IMG/VR virus record: IMGVR_UViG_3300009472_000016 | Span: 1 to 29,588 of that record | DNA: 29,588 nt | From: a virus | Lineage: Duplodnaviria > Caudoviricetes | Direction: 5' to 3' (one strand) | Translations under genes and position numbers: made by a program | In this document: one piece after another, positions 7,487 through 15,161 of the stretch | How the letters are laid out: each line of letters opens with the position of its first letter | How positions within the stretch are numbered: the first letter of the stretch is position 1 | Notes under the pieces: model-generated | The model's database searches: none | The model's input: only the letters and a program-made list of their open reading frames with translations | What the model was told of the DNA's origin: nothing

Positions 7487-7561
7487 TTAGAACTTGATGG
7501 TCAGTTTCAGTTTGAACCCTAAAAACTTGACCGTCAGCTTAAACAACCGTGGGATTTTCAT
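7487..7561 (-). CDS. 24-aa cationic amphipathic peptide MKIPRLFKLTVKFLGFKLKLTIKF (candidate toxin)
   Basis: Strong SD GAAAGGATGGTGA 7 nt before the ATG at 7561; upstream promoter and downstream hairpin. Confidence 0.7.
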   Translation of the reverse strand: MKIPRLFKLTVKFLGFKLKLTIKF

Positions 7562-7617
7562 TCCATAATCACCATCCTTTCTATGTTTTATTGGGCGGGC
7601 TTCATTGCCCGTCCATG

Positions 7618-7696
7618 CTATTTTAATGCCGGAAAATCCGGCATATGTCAATAGAAAAGCGGAATAATTCGGCATTTATACCGGAAACACGGGCTG
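7618..7696 (-). promoter_or_regulatory. Sigma70 promoter with palindromic operator ATGCCGGA-N3-TCCGGCAT (7626-7644) and two degenerate copies
   Basis: TTGACA on the minus strand at 7651-7646; perfect 8-bp inverted repeat in the spacer; related sites at 7657-7675 and 7678-7696. Confidence 0.72.
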
Positions 7697-7842
7697 TTTT
7701 TCTGGTCGAGACTGCGGCGTGGATTGTGTAGCTTGACAGATGGCACTGGTGTGTGGGAGTCCGCCGAGGCGTTCCGATGGAACGTCCGGGTCTTGACAAG
7801 CTCGCGCGCAGATTGCCTCGCGTTATTGCGAATTCGTCTTTT

Positions 7843-7938
7843 ATGGGCGGGTGGCTGGGGAGTCCTTCGGGGCTGCCGGGCCGCGATTCCGGCTTTCGGT
7901 CGCGTGCTTTGGTTTGTCAACCCCGGTTCATCCGCCCA
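7843..7938 (+). ncRNA. C4-like (P1 c4 / P4 CI type) antisense RNA
   Basis: Closing stem 7844-7860 / 7921-7938; internal CCTTCGG hairpin; TTGTCAA (7914-7920) complementary to TTGACAA upstream (7793-7799) and downstream (7944-7950, in a hairpin loop). Confidence 0.75.
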
Positions 7939-7975
7939 CCAGATTGACAACTGGTGGTTATCGAAAGTCCATAAA

Positions 7976-8233
7976 ATGACCACACAATCCACGAATCCCA
8001 TTCCCATCGACACGACCCCGCTGCCCGGCAGTTTGCTGGGTAATGCGTGCCGCGCGCTGGGCTTCCGGCGCACCGAATTCACGAACAGCCGCGGCTGTCG
8101 TATCTCGATTGACGTTTCCGACGAAATCAGTGGCGATGGGCACACGCAAGCCTGCAAGGACCTTGTCATTGCGCTGCTGGCTGGACGGGCGTCTCTGATC
8201 GAGACCACCGCGCCGGATGGCCGTCATGTCTGA
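7976..8233 (+). CDS. Hypothetical protein downstream of the C4-like RNA
   Basis: ATG just after the downstream C4 target; shares the LG.AC..LG.RR motif with the next ORF. Confidence 0.65.
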   Translation: MTTQSTNPIPIDTTPLPGSLLGNACRALGFRRTEFTNSRGCRISIDVSDEISGDGHTQACKDLVIALLAGRASLIETTAPDGRHV

Positions 8234-8558
8234 GCGCGCCGTTCCGAGCGAGGTTCCCGTCCCCTTTGAAAACCCCGGGCCGAGCCCGTCCCGCGACACG
8301 ACGCCCGAATCGACGTCGGTATTGGGTATGGCCTGCAATGTGTTGGGCCTGCGGCGGATTGAAGGGCGTGGCCATGATGGCGAGCCCGAAATCTGGATCG
8401 ATACGCGCGGGCGCGTCCAGCTGGACCATTGTCCGCTGGCGCTTTACACGTTGGTGCTGCAATTATTGCGCAGGGATGATGTGGACGCGGCGGATCAGGT
8501 CGCGTTTATTCCGGCCGTTGCGCGCGCGACCGTGCCGGATGGGGCGACGGCGCAGTAA
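8226..8558 (+). CDS. Hypothetical protein, probable paralog of 7976..8233
   Basis: SVLGMACNVLGLRRIE motif; overlaps the upstream stop. The start could instead be 8217. Confidence 0.65.
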   Translation: MSERAVPSEVPVPFENPGPSPSRDTTPESTSVLGMACNVLGLRRIEGRGHDGEPEIWIDTRGRVQLDHCPLALYTLVLQLLRRDDVDAADQVAFIPAVARATVPDGATAQ

Positions 8559-8569
8559 AAGGACAGACC

Positions 8570-8851
8570 ATGCCGCATAAAACCGTGAATGGTGAGGCGA
8601 TCGAGACGGGACGGTGTCGGCATTGTTCGACGCCGTTGGCCGTGGAGACGGGCGTGACCTGCGGGCCGTGTCAGGCCGCGCATGAGGTGGCCCGCCGGCG
8701 CGAATTGGCGGCGATCCGGCGGCGTGATCCGGCGGTCGATGTGGCGGCGTTGGCGCGGCATTACGGCCTATCACAAGACCGTATTTGGGCCATCATCGAG
8801 GCGGCGTCGCCCGTCGTGGGTGTACCCAATCCGGGCGTTCAGCATCGATAG
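8570..8851 (+). CDS. Zn-ribbon plus HTH (Mor-like) small regulator
   Basis: CRHC...CGPC, then VAALARHYGLSQDRIWAII; SD AAAGGA. Confidence 0.7.
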   Translation: MPHKTVNGEAIETGRCRHCSTPLAVETGVTCGPCQAAHEVARRRELAAIRRRDPAVDVAALARHYGLSQDRIWAIIEAASPVVGVPNPGVQHR

Positions 8852-8902
8852 CGGCGCGCTTCGCCACCCTGCTGCGCGTCGCCGCGTCTAACCCCCCTTA
8901 TC

Positions 8903-8935
8903 GCCCGGATTGGCTCTGCTGATCCGGGCTTTTTT
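8903..8935 (+). terminator. Rho-independent terminator
   Basis: GCCCGGATTGGC-TCT-GCTGATCCGGGC followed by T6. Confidence 0.75.
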
Positions 8936-9099
8936 GTGCGACCTGGGTCGGTTTTGGCCCGATTTCGCCCCCGCTCCCCCAGCCTAGCCCCCCTTATCGA
9001 CGCCCTTTTTCCTGCCCCCGCCCCCTTGTGATGGGCAGACAGGGAAGGGCGCACCGGGGCGACGTCGCCACAATTTATCGTTTATCGTATAATCCGGCA

Positions 9100-9445
9100 T
9101 GGATTTGGTGTCGCGATATTCGGATGTGTGTCGCCCTGTTTCGCCTGCTGTCTTCCCGAAGGGGCGGATATTGTCAGGCCACAGTGGTGTTTGTATTTGT
9201 CAAGGCCGCGAGTGTCGCCACTTTGCGGAACTTTATTTTTCCCCACTGCCCGTCGATGCGGCGTCCGAGTTACCGATTGAGGGAGATAATTTGCGAATGC
9301 TTTTTGGGAATGGCGACACACGACACTGTTTTGGGTGTTTTTTTCTATTGACCTTTAAAAAAAGCGAACAGGAACAAGAGCTTATAAGTAGTGTCGCGAT
9401 ATTCGAAAACAGTGTCGTGAGGGGTGAAAACAGTGTCGCGTTATT
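9100..9445. repeat. GTGTCG iteron-like array around an AT-rich core (putative replication origin)
   Basis: GTGTCG at 9108, 9128, 9212, 9391, 9412 and 9433; inverted copies at 9314 and 9321; AT-rich segment about 9328-9390. Confidence 0.6.
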
Positions 9446-9553
9446 TCCGGGTCGGTTGGCTTGGCGGCGGTCTGTGCCGTTGGGTCGGCTCTATGATCGG
9501 TTGGATCGGGATGGGCGGGCGGTGGATCGTTTGATCCGTGGAAAGGTGAGCGC

Positions 9554-10126
9554 ATGAGCGGGTTGGGCAATGTGATGCGGGCGGTCGCGATCACGGCGGA
9601 GTGGGGCGATTATCGGGATCGGCGCGCGCCGGGCGAGACGGTGACGGCGTTTAAGAAGCGGCGGAGTGCGTGGCGGGCTCACGGGCAGGACGCGGCGGCG
9701 TCGGCTAAGCCGTTTGACGGTCAGGCGGCGCGGTTGGCCGAGGCTTTGCCGCCAGCGGTGCGGGTTCTTATGGATCGCGGGCGGGTGAGCCGTGCGATGG
9801 GGAGTGCGGCGGCGCGGTTTATTATCGATTATCGGACGGGCTATCTGCGCAGTGGCTCGGTCAATTATGGCGAGCGGGTGCAGGGCGGCGGCGGTTGGGA
9901 TGAAGGTCGGGCGTTGTCCGGGCAGGCGGCGCGGCAGCGGGCGGCGGATGCGATGACGGCGATGCGTCCGCTGCCGGCGGCGTGTGCGAAGGCGGTGCTG
10001 ATCGATGGTGTGAGTCTGTCGGCGGCGGGGGCTGGGTCTGGATATGCGGGGGATAAGCAGCAGCGGAGCTATGCTGTGGGGCTGCTCGAAGTGGCGTTGG
10101 ATGAGCTTGTGCGGTTTTACTCTTGA
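9554..10126 (+). CDS. DUF6456-like putative late transcription regulator
   Basis: L..RG.V....AA.RF..DY, YGERVQGG, AVLIDGVSLSA, LEVALDELVRFY; located immediately before cos and terminase. Confidence 0.65.
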   Translation: MSGLGNVMRAVAITAEWGDYRDRRAPGETVTAFKKRRSAWRAHGQDAAASAKPFDGQAARLAEALPPAVRVLMDRGRVSRAMGSAAARFIIDYRTGYLRSGSVNYGERVQGGGGWDEGRALSGQAARQRAADAMTAMRPLPAACAKAVLIDGVSLSAAGAGSGYAGDKQQRSYAVGLLEVALDELVRFYS

Positions 10127-10190
10127 CGGGCGGGCCCGAGTCATCGTGTAGATCAGGCATCCTGGGAAATTGCGACTAAAAAGGCCGTTT

Positions 10191-10301
10191 GGGTCCTTCC
10201 TCGGGGCCTGCTGGTAAATGGTGGGCCTTAGGCAATTTATTTTCCAGTCTACGGATTTTTTGAAAAGGGTTGCGTTTCCCGCATTCAGGGTTGCGCTTTC
10301 C
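10191..10301 (+). other. Putative lambda-like cos site (cosQ-cosN-cosB)
   Basis: GGGTCCT at 10191-10197 is identical to lambda cosQ; 23 nt later a 12-mer GTGGGCCTTAGG with AAATG/CAATT flanks; AGGGTTGCG repeats at 10266 and 10287. Confidence 0.62.
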
Positions 10302-10326
10302 ACCGGGCTTCGCCGCCCACCGCTTT

Positions 10327-11016
10327 ATGTCAGAACCATTGATCTCCATAACCGCCTGCGCCCAGCGGCTCAGTGTGTCCGAAGGTGCCAAAGTCAGCCG
10401 ACAGGCCATCACGGACTACATCGCCCGCCACGACCTGCCGACCTACCCCAAAGGCAAGCGCCGCGCCGTCAAGTTCAGCGAGATCGCCGCCGCCCGCCAG
10501 TCCTTCACCCGCGAGGTCCAGCGCGGCCAGCACCTCAACACCGACCCCCAACCCGCGCCCGCGCCCACCGACGCTCCCAACAGCCCTGCCTCGCTCGACA
10601 ACGCCCGCAGCGCCAAAACGCGCAAAGAAAACGCGCAGGCCGAACGCGAAGAACTCGCCCTCGCCAAAGCCAAAGGCGAGCTGGTCGACCTCGCCCAGAC
10701 CGAAGCCGCCGCCGCCGAGACCTTCACCGTCCTGAAAGATCACCTGCTGGGTCCCGCTTTGTCCGATACCGCCGACCGCGTCATCTCCGTGCTCGGCCTT
10801 GGCGACGCACAGAAACGCCAGACCCAAGCCGCCATCCGCGAAACCTTCGCCGCGGCTCTGCTCGCCGTCTCCGCCACCCTGACGGAGCTGCTCGCCGAAA
10901 TGGCTGACGACGCCCCGACGGCGACGCGCCTGCGGTTCGACTATCTCACCGCCGCCGCCGCCCACTTGCGCGACAATCCAACCGAAACGGCGAAGCTGTT
11001 AGAGGCCGCCGCCTGA
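10327..11016 (+). CDS. Terminase small subunit (Nu1-like)
   Basis: N-terminal wHTH (VSRQAI); coiled coil A..EEL.LAKAKGELV; coupled to the large subunit. Confidence 0.8.
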   Translation: MSEPLISITACAQRLSVSEGAKVSRQAITDYIARHDLPTYPKGKRRAVKFSEIAAARQSFTREVQRGQHLNTDPQPAPAPTDAPNSPASLDNARSAKTRKENAQAEREELALAKAKGELVDLAQTEAAAAETFTVLKDHLLGPALSDTADRVISVLGLGDAQKRQTQAAIRETFAAALLAVSATLTELLAEMADDAPTATRLRFDYLTAAAAHLRDNPTETAKLLEAAA

Positions 11017-13226
11017 TGCGTCTGCTCACGCTCCCCCGCCGCCGCATCCTCTCCGGCCTTGTCTGTGCCTCCGTGCTCGTCGCCAGCTTCGCCGAAGCCG
11101 CGATCCCGCAAACGCAATCCACTGTTTCGGACTGGGCGGGCACCACCCGCGTCATGACGTCAGAAAGCGGCACCCGCTTTCCCGGTCCGTGGGATCCGCA
11201 CCGCGTGCCCTACCTCAACGACATCATGGACGCCTGCGGACCCCAAGACCCGTCGCAAATCGTCGCCATCCCGGGCAGCGCCCAATCCGGCAAATCCGAA
11301 GTCGCGCTCAACGCCATCGGCCGCATCATCGAAGAATCCCCGATGGGCATCCTCGCCGTGCTGCCGACCCATAACGAAGCCTCCAAATGGGCCGAGCTGA
11401 AACTGGAACCGATGATCGCGGCGACCCCGCAATTGGCCCGCCGCGTCTATTCCCGCCACGGTGAAAAACGCAGTTCCCAAACCCGCAAGAAATTCCGCGA
11501 CGGCTTCCTGCAGGTCGCGTCCGCCAACGCCACCGCCAACCTGCAAATGATCACAGTCGGCTTCATCCTGTGCGAAGAAATCTCTGAATGGGATCTGCCG
11601 GATCCCGATGATGATCGCGGCGACGCCTTTGACCAGGCCCAAGCCCGTGGCACGACCTACGGCGAAGCGCTCAAAACCGTCATCCCGTCCACGCCCGGAC
11701 GCATCGGCTCTTGCCGCGTCACGGACCATTACAACGCGGGCGACCAACGCCGCTGGGCATGGGAATGCCCGCATTGTGCCGACTGGTTCATCCCGCACTT
11801 CTCGCAACTCACCCGCACCGGATCGGGCACCACGGCCCGCGTTGATCTGGCCCCGCCCTGCTGCGGCGCCCTGATCGGGCACAGCCACAAACGCGCCATG
11901 AATGCGCGCGGGCGCTGGGTCCCCACATTCGTCTCGGCCAATCCCGACAATCCCGCTCCGGCCTCCGCTCCGGATAAAAAAGACACGCCAGATCAAGGCG
12001 GCGACGACACACGGATCAAAGGCGTCATCCCGGCGGATCAGATTGATGCCGCCACATCTCGCGACTGCGAAGGCCGCGACAAGTCCTTCCACGTTCATCA
12101 GCTGATTTCGCCCTTTTCAACCTGGGACATCATCCACCGCAAATACCGTCAGGCCAAAGGCAACCCGGCCAAGATGATCGCCTTCACGCAACAGATCCTC
12201 GGCGAAGCCTACGATGCGGAAATGGACACGCCGGATGATGAAAAACTGCTCGCCATGGCGGGCGGCGCGCCCAATATCAAAACCTCGCCCGTCCGCCGCA
12301 CCATCGTCCCCAATTGGGCGGGCTTCCTGACCTCCGCCGCCGACCTGCAGGGCGACCGCTTCGAATGGGCAACCTATGCCTGGGGCCCCGGTCCGCGCAC
12401 GGCGTGTATCGACCACGGCATCATCGACAAAGACCCGATGCAACCGGCGGGCTGGCGGGACTTGCGCGCCGTGTTCGCGCGCGAATATGGCTCGGCACAC
12501 CTGCGTCCGCAAACCGCGCGCCGCTTCGGGACTGATACGGGCGGGCAGGACACCCAATATGCCTACCGCTTCATTCTCGGCAATCCGGACGTGATCGGCA
12601 TCAAGGGCATGACCGGACCCAAAGCCCGCTTCGAACCGCCCCTGCAAAAAAGCCGCAAGGGCGGACGGCTCAAACGCGACGGACAAACGACGATGCGTGT
12701 GCCGCTGACCCTGCTCAACACCCATCTGCTCAAAAAATCCATCTATGTCGGTCTGGCCAATGCGCTGCTCGCCTATGACAATGGCGACGTCGGCGAAGGC
12801 TTCCACCTCTTCCTGCATGATGAAGTCGATAGCGAATTCACGCGGCAGCTGACGGCGGAGTCCCTGATCGTCGACAAAGTCCGTGACCATGAACAATGGG
12901 TCCGCAATGGCGCCCAGGCCAATGAACAATTGGACCTCGCGGTTTATAATCTCGCCATGGCGATTGACTTCGGCCTGTTCCGCATGACGTCGGACGATTG
13001 GGAAACGCTGTTCCTGCGCGAAGCCCTCGACAGCGCCGCCGCAGACCTCACCCCGCTCGAACGGCTCGCGCGCGACGAATCCACCGCACCCGCCCCGCTG
13101 CCGCGCCAATCCGATAAAGATGCCGGCGACGGGCGCAAAATGCCGGACTGGATGAAAAAACAAATCGCCATGAACAAAGGCGCGACCCAACCGCTGAACA
13201 AATCCGGCGGGGATCGTCAATCATGA
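11016..13226 (+). CDS. Terminase large subunit, GpA family
   Basis: PGPW...VPYL, SAQSGKSE (Walker A), STP, GDQRRW..CPHC, AADLQGDR, DTGG, NEQLDL.VY. Confidence 0.95.
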   Translation: MRLLTLPRRRILSGLVCASVLVASFAEAAIPQTQSTVSDWAGTTRVMTSESGTRFPGPWDPHRVPYLNDIMDACGPQDPSQIVAIPGSAQSGKSEVALNAIGRIIEESPMGILAVLPTHNEASKWAELKLEPMIAATPQLARRVYSRHGEKRSSQTRKKFRDGFLQVASANATANLQMITVGFILCEEISEWDLPDPDDDRGDAFDQAQARGTTYGEALKTVIPSTPGRIGSCRVTDHYNAGDQRRWAWECPHCADWFIPHFSQLTRTGSGTTARVDLAPPCCGALIGHSHKRAMNARGRWVPTFVSANPDNPAPASAPDKKDTPDQGGDDTRIKGVIPADQIDAATSRDCEGRDKSFHVHQLISPFSTWDIIHRKYRQAKGNPAKMIAFTQQILGEAYDAEMDTPDDEKLLAMAGGAPNIKTSPVRRTIVPNWAGFLTSAADLQGDRFEWATYAWGPGPRTACIDHGIIDKDPMQPAGWRDLRAVFAREYGSAHLRPQTARRFGTDTGGQDTQYAYRFILGNPDVIGIKGMTGPKARFEPPLQKSRKGGRLKRDGQTTMRVPLTLLNTHLLKKSIYVGLANALLAYDNGDVGEGFHLFLHDEVDSEFTRQLTAESLIVDKVRDHEQWVRNGAQANEQLDLAVYNLAMAIDFGLFRMTSDDWETLFLREALDSAAADLTPLERLARDESTAPAPLPRQSDKDAGDGRKMPDWMKKQIAMNKGATQPLNKSGGDRQS

Positions 13227-13507
13227 GCCAGCTCGAAACCTGCCAACAGCTCAAAACCGACATTGCCGCCGCGCGTCAGGCGCTGGCCGACAAACGGCTC
13301 GGCAATATGGCCGTGATGGTCCAAACCGGGCCGGACGTCACCCGCTTCGCCAACACCTCCGTGGCCCAGATCGAAGCCCAGCTGCGCGAATGGGAAGCGG
13401 ACTATCGGTCGCTGTCTTGCGCGGTCGTGTTGGGCGAAACCGCGACCGACACAATCCGGCCCGCCCGCCGTCGCGGGCCCCTCGCAGGCCCGGTGGGACG
13501 TCGATAG
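13223..13507 (+). CDS. Head-tail joining protein (gpW-like)
   Basis: Size, helix-hairpin-helix pattern and position between terminase and portal. Confidence 0.65.
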   Translation: MSQLETCQQLKTDIAAARQALADKRLGNMAVMVQTGPDVTRFANTSVAQIEAQLREWEADYRSLSCAVVLGETATDTIRPARRRGPLAGPVGRR

Positions 13508-13526
13508 GATTTTGGGCTAACCCGCC

Positions 13527-15161
13527 ATGACCCTTCCCAACCCAACCTCCCCAACGGGCCTGATCAAGCCCGATGGCAGCGCCGTGACCCGCGCCGACGT
13601 CGCCGCCTCCCGCCACGCCGCAGCACTATCAATGTCCGGGCGCGGCGCGCACCGGGGCGCGGGCGGCAGTACGCAGGAACTTTCCCTGTTCCGCGCGCCC
13701 ACGCTCTCGGCCAATGCGGCCAATCGCTGGGAACGCCAGACGATTTCCAACCGCGCGCGCCAATTGGTCCGCGACGAACCCGAAGCCGCCACCGGCGTGC
13801 GCCAATCCGTCGGCATGGTCATTGGCTCCGGCTGGCGCTTCCGCTCGCTGCCCAATGCCCGCGCGCTCGGGATCACCAAGGACGAGGCCAAAACCCTCGG
13901 CGATTCGATTGAACGGCTGATCGCGACATGGGCGACGGATCCGCTGCGCCGTTGCGATTTGTCCCGCCGCCATGATTTTGGCGGGATGCTCCGCCTGATG
14001 TGGCGCGAATGGAAAACGGCGGGCGAAACGCTCGGCGTCCTCAACCTGCGTGACCGCTGGAACCCGGTTCTGCAAACCACGCTCAATGTCGTCGATACGG
14101 ACCGCCTGTCCAATCCCAACGGCTCGTTCGATACCAAAAACCTGCGCGAAGGCGTGGCGCTGGATGATGACGGCGCGGCGATCGGCTATCACATTCAACG
14201 CGGCCACCCCGGTGACTTCACGACCAATGCGCTCGACACGCTGATCTGGGACTATGTCCCCCGCAATGCCGCCTATGGCCGCCCGGTCGTCGTTCACGGG
14301 TTTGAAACCACGCAGCCGGGGCAGGCGCGCGGCGTCTCCGCCTTTGGCCCGCTGATCGAAACCTTCATCATGATCGGCCAGTACAAATCGGCCGAACTGC
14401 AAACCGCGCTGATCAATGCCTTGTTCGGCGCGTTTGTGCGGTCGGGCTTTGATCCGCAATCCGTCGCCGAAATCCTCGGCGTGTCGGACAATTCCGGCGT
14501 CAACCTGTCCAGCTTCCAGGACGCGCGCACCGCGTTTTACGCCGAAAGCCCTGTCGAATTCCAAGGCACCCGCATTCCCGTTTTGATGCCCGGCGACAGT
14601 GTGGATCTCAACACCGTGCCGCGCTCCGCCTCCGCGTTCGATCAATTCTACCAAACCATGATGCAATCCACTGCTGCCCATCTCGGCCTGTTCGAAGGCC
14701 AAATCACGGGCAATTATCGCGGTCTCAACTATTCCACGCTGCGCGGTGTGTTCAACGAAGTCTGGCAACAGGTCGCGGTCCAACGCTCTGACTTTGGCGC
14801 GCAAATCGCCGTGCCGATCGTGCTCGCTCTGATCGACGAAGCCGAAGACCGCGGCCTGCTCGATGTACCGGATCACTGCGCCCCGCTCTGGGACAATCCC
14901 GCGGCCTGGGTGCGCGGCGAATTTATCGGTCCCGCGCGCGGTCAAATTGATCCGGAAAAAGAAGCCAAAGCCAACCTGCTCAACCTCGAAGGCCAGCTCA
15001 CGACCCGCACGGCCATCTGGGCGTCCCAAGGCGCAGATTTTGAAGACGGCATTCGCACCATGCGCGACGAAATGGACATGATGGCCGACGCCGGCCTCGA
15101 TCCGTCCATCCGCGAAGGCGCGCTCGCCCCCACCAACCCGAACGATGGGCGCACTGACTGA
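13527..15161 (+). CDS. Portal protein, lambda family
   Basis: RARQLVRD, DRLSNP, GVALDDDGAAIGYHI..HPGD, GQARGVS, NYST.R, IDPEKE. Confidence 0.95.
   Translation: MTLPNPTSPTGLIKPDGSAVTRADVAASRHAAALSMSGRGAHRGAGGSTQELSLFRAPTLSANAANRWERQTISNRARQLVRDEPEAATGVRQSVGMVIGSGWRFRSLPNARALGITKDEAKTLGDSIERLIATWATDPLRRCDLSRRHDFGGMLRLMWREWKTAGETLGVLNLRDRWNPVLQTTLNVVDTDRLSNPNGSFDTKNLREGVALDDDGAAIGYHIQRGHPGDFTTNALDTLIWDYVPRNAAYGRPVVVHGFETTQPGQARGVSAFGPLIETFIMIGQYKSAELQTALINALFGAFVRSGFDPQSVAEILGVSDNSGVNLSSFQDARTAFYAESPVEFQGTRIPVLMPGDSVDLNTVPRSASAFDQFYQTMMQSTAAHLGLFEGQITGNYRGLNYSTLRGVFNEVWQQVAVQRSDFGAQIAVPIVLALIDEAEDRGLLDVPDHCAPLWDNPAAWVRGEFIGPARGQIDPEKEAKANLLNLEGQLTTRTAIWASQGADFEDGIRTMRDEMDMMADAGLDPSIREGALAPTNPNDGRTD

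Larger units (their letters stand above)
7450..7620 (+). ncRNA. Putative antisense RNA to the peptide gene (boundaries approximate)
   Basis: TTGCAT(7416-7421)-N17-TAAATG promoter-like element; hairpin 7592-7615 pairs fully (with G:U) only on the + strand and is followed shortly by TTTT. Confidence 0.45.

Noticed and set aside
7562-7675. 62-aa version of the peptide ORF
   Set aside because: The extension crosses the predicted promoter and operator; the strong SD sits before the ATG at 7561.
7724-7975. N-terminal extension of the 7976 ORF, and ORF 7753..7947
   Set aside because: They overlap the structured C4-like RNA and use weak starts; a leader or Ash-like peptide cannot be fully excluded.
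9100-9445. CRISPR array
   Set aside because: Repeats are only 6-15 bp, occur in both orientations, lack regular spacers, and there are no cas genes.
9028-9557. ORFs 9028..9351 and 9099..9557
   Set aside because: They run across the repeat/AT-rich element, have atypical composition and no recognisable motifs.
10270-10326. TTG start of the small terminase at 10270
   Set aside because: Lies within the cosB-like repeats; the ATG at 10327 fits the start of the wHTH domain better.
11560-11595. Terminase Walker B reading LCEE rather than hhDE as a sign of inactivation
   Set aside because: Conservative acidic change with all other motifs intact; no evidence of decay.
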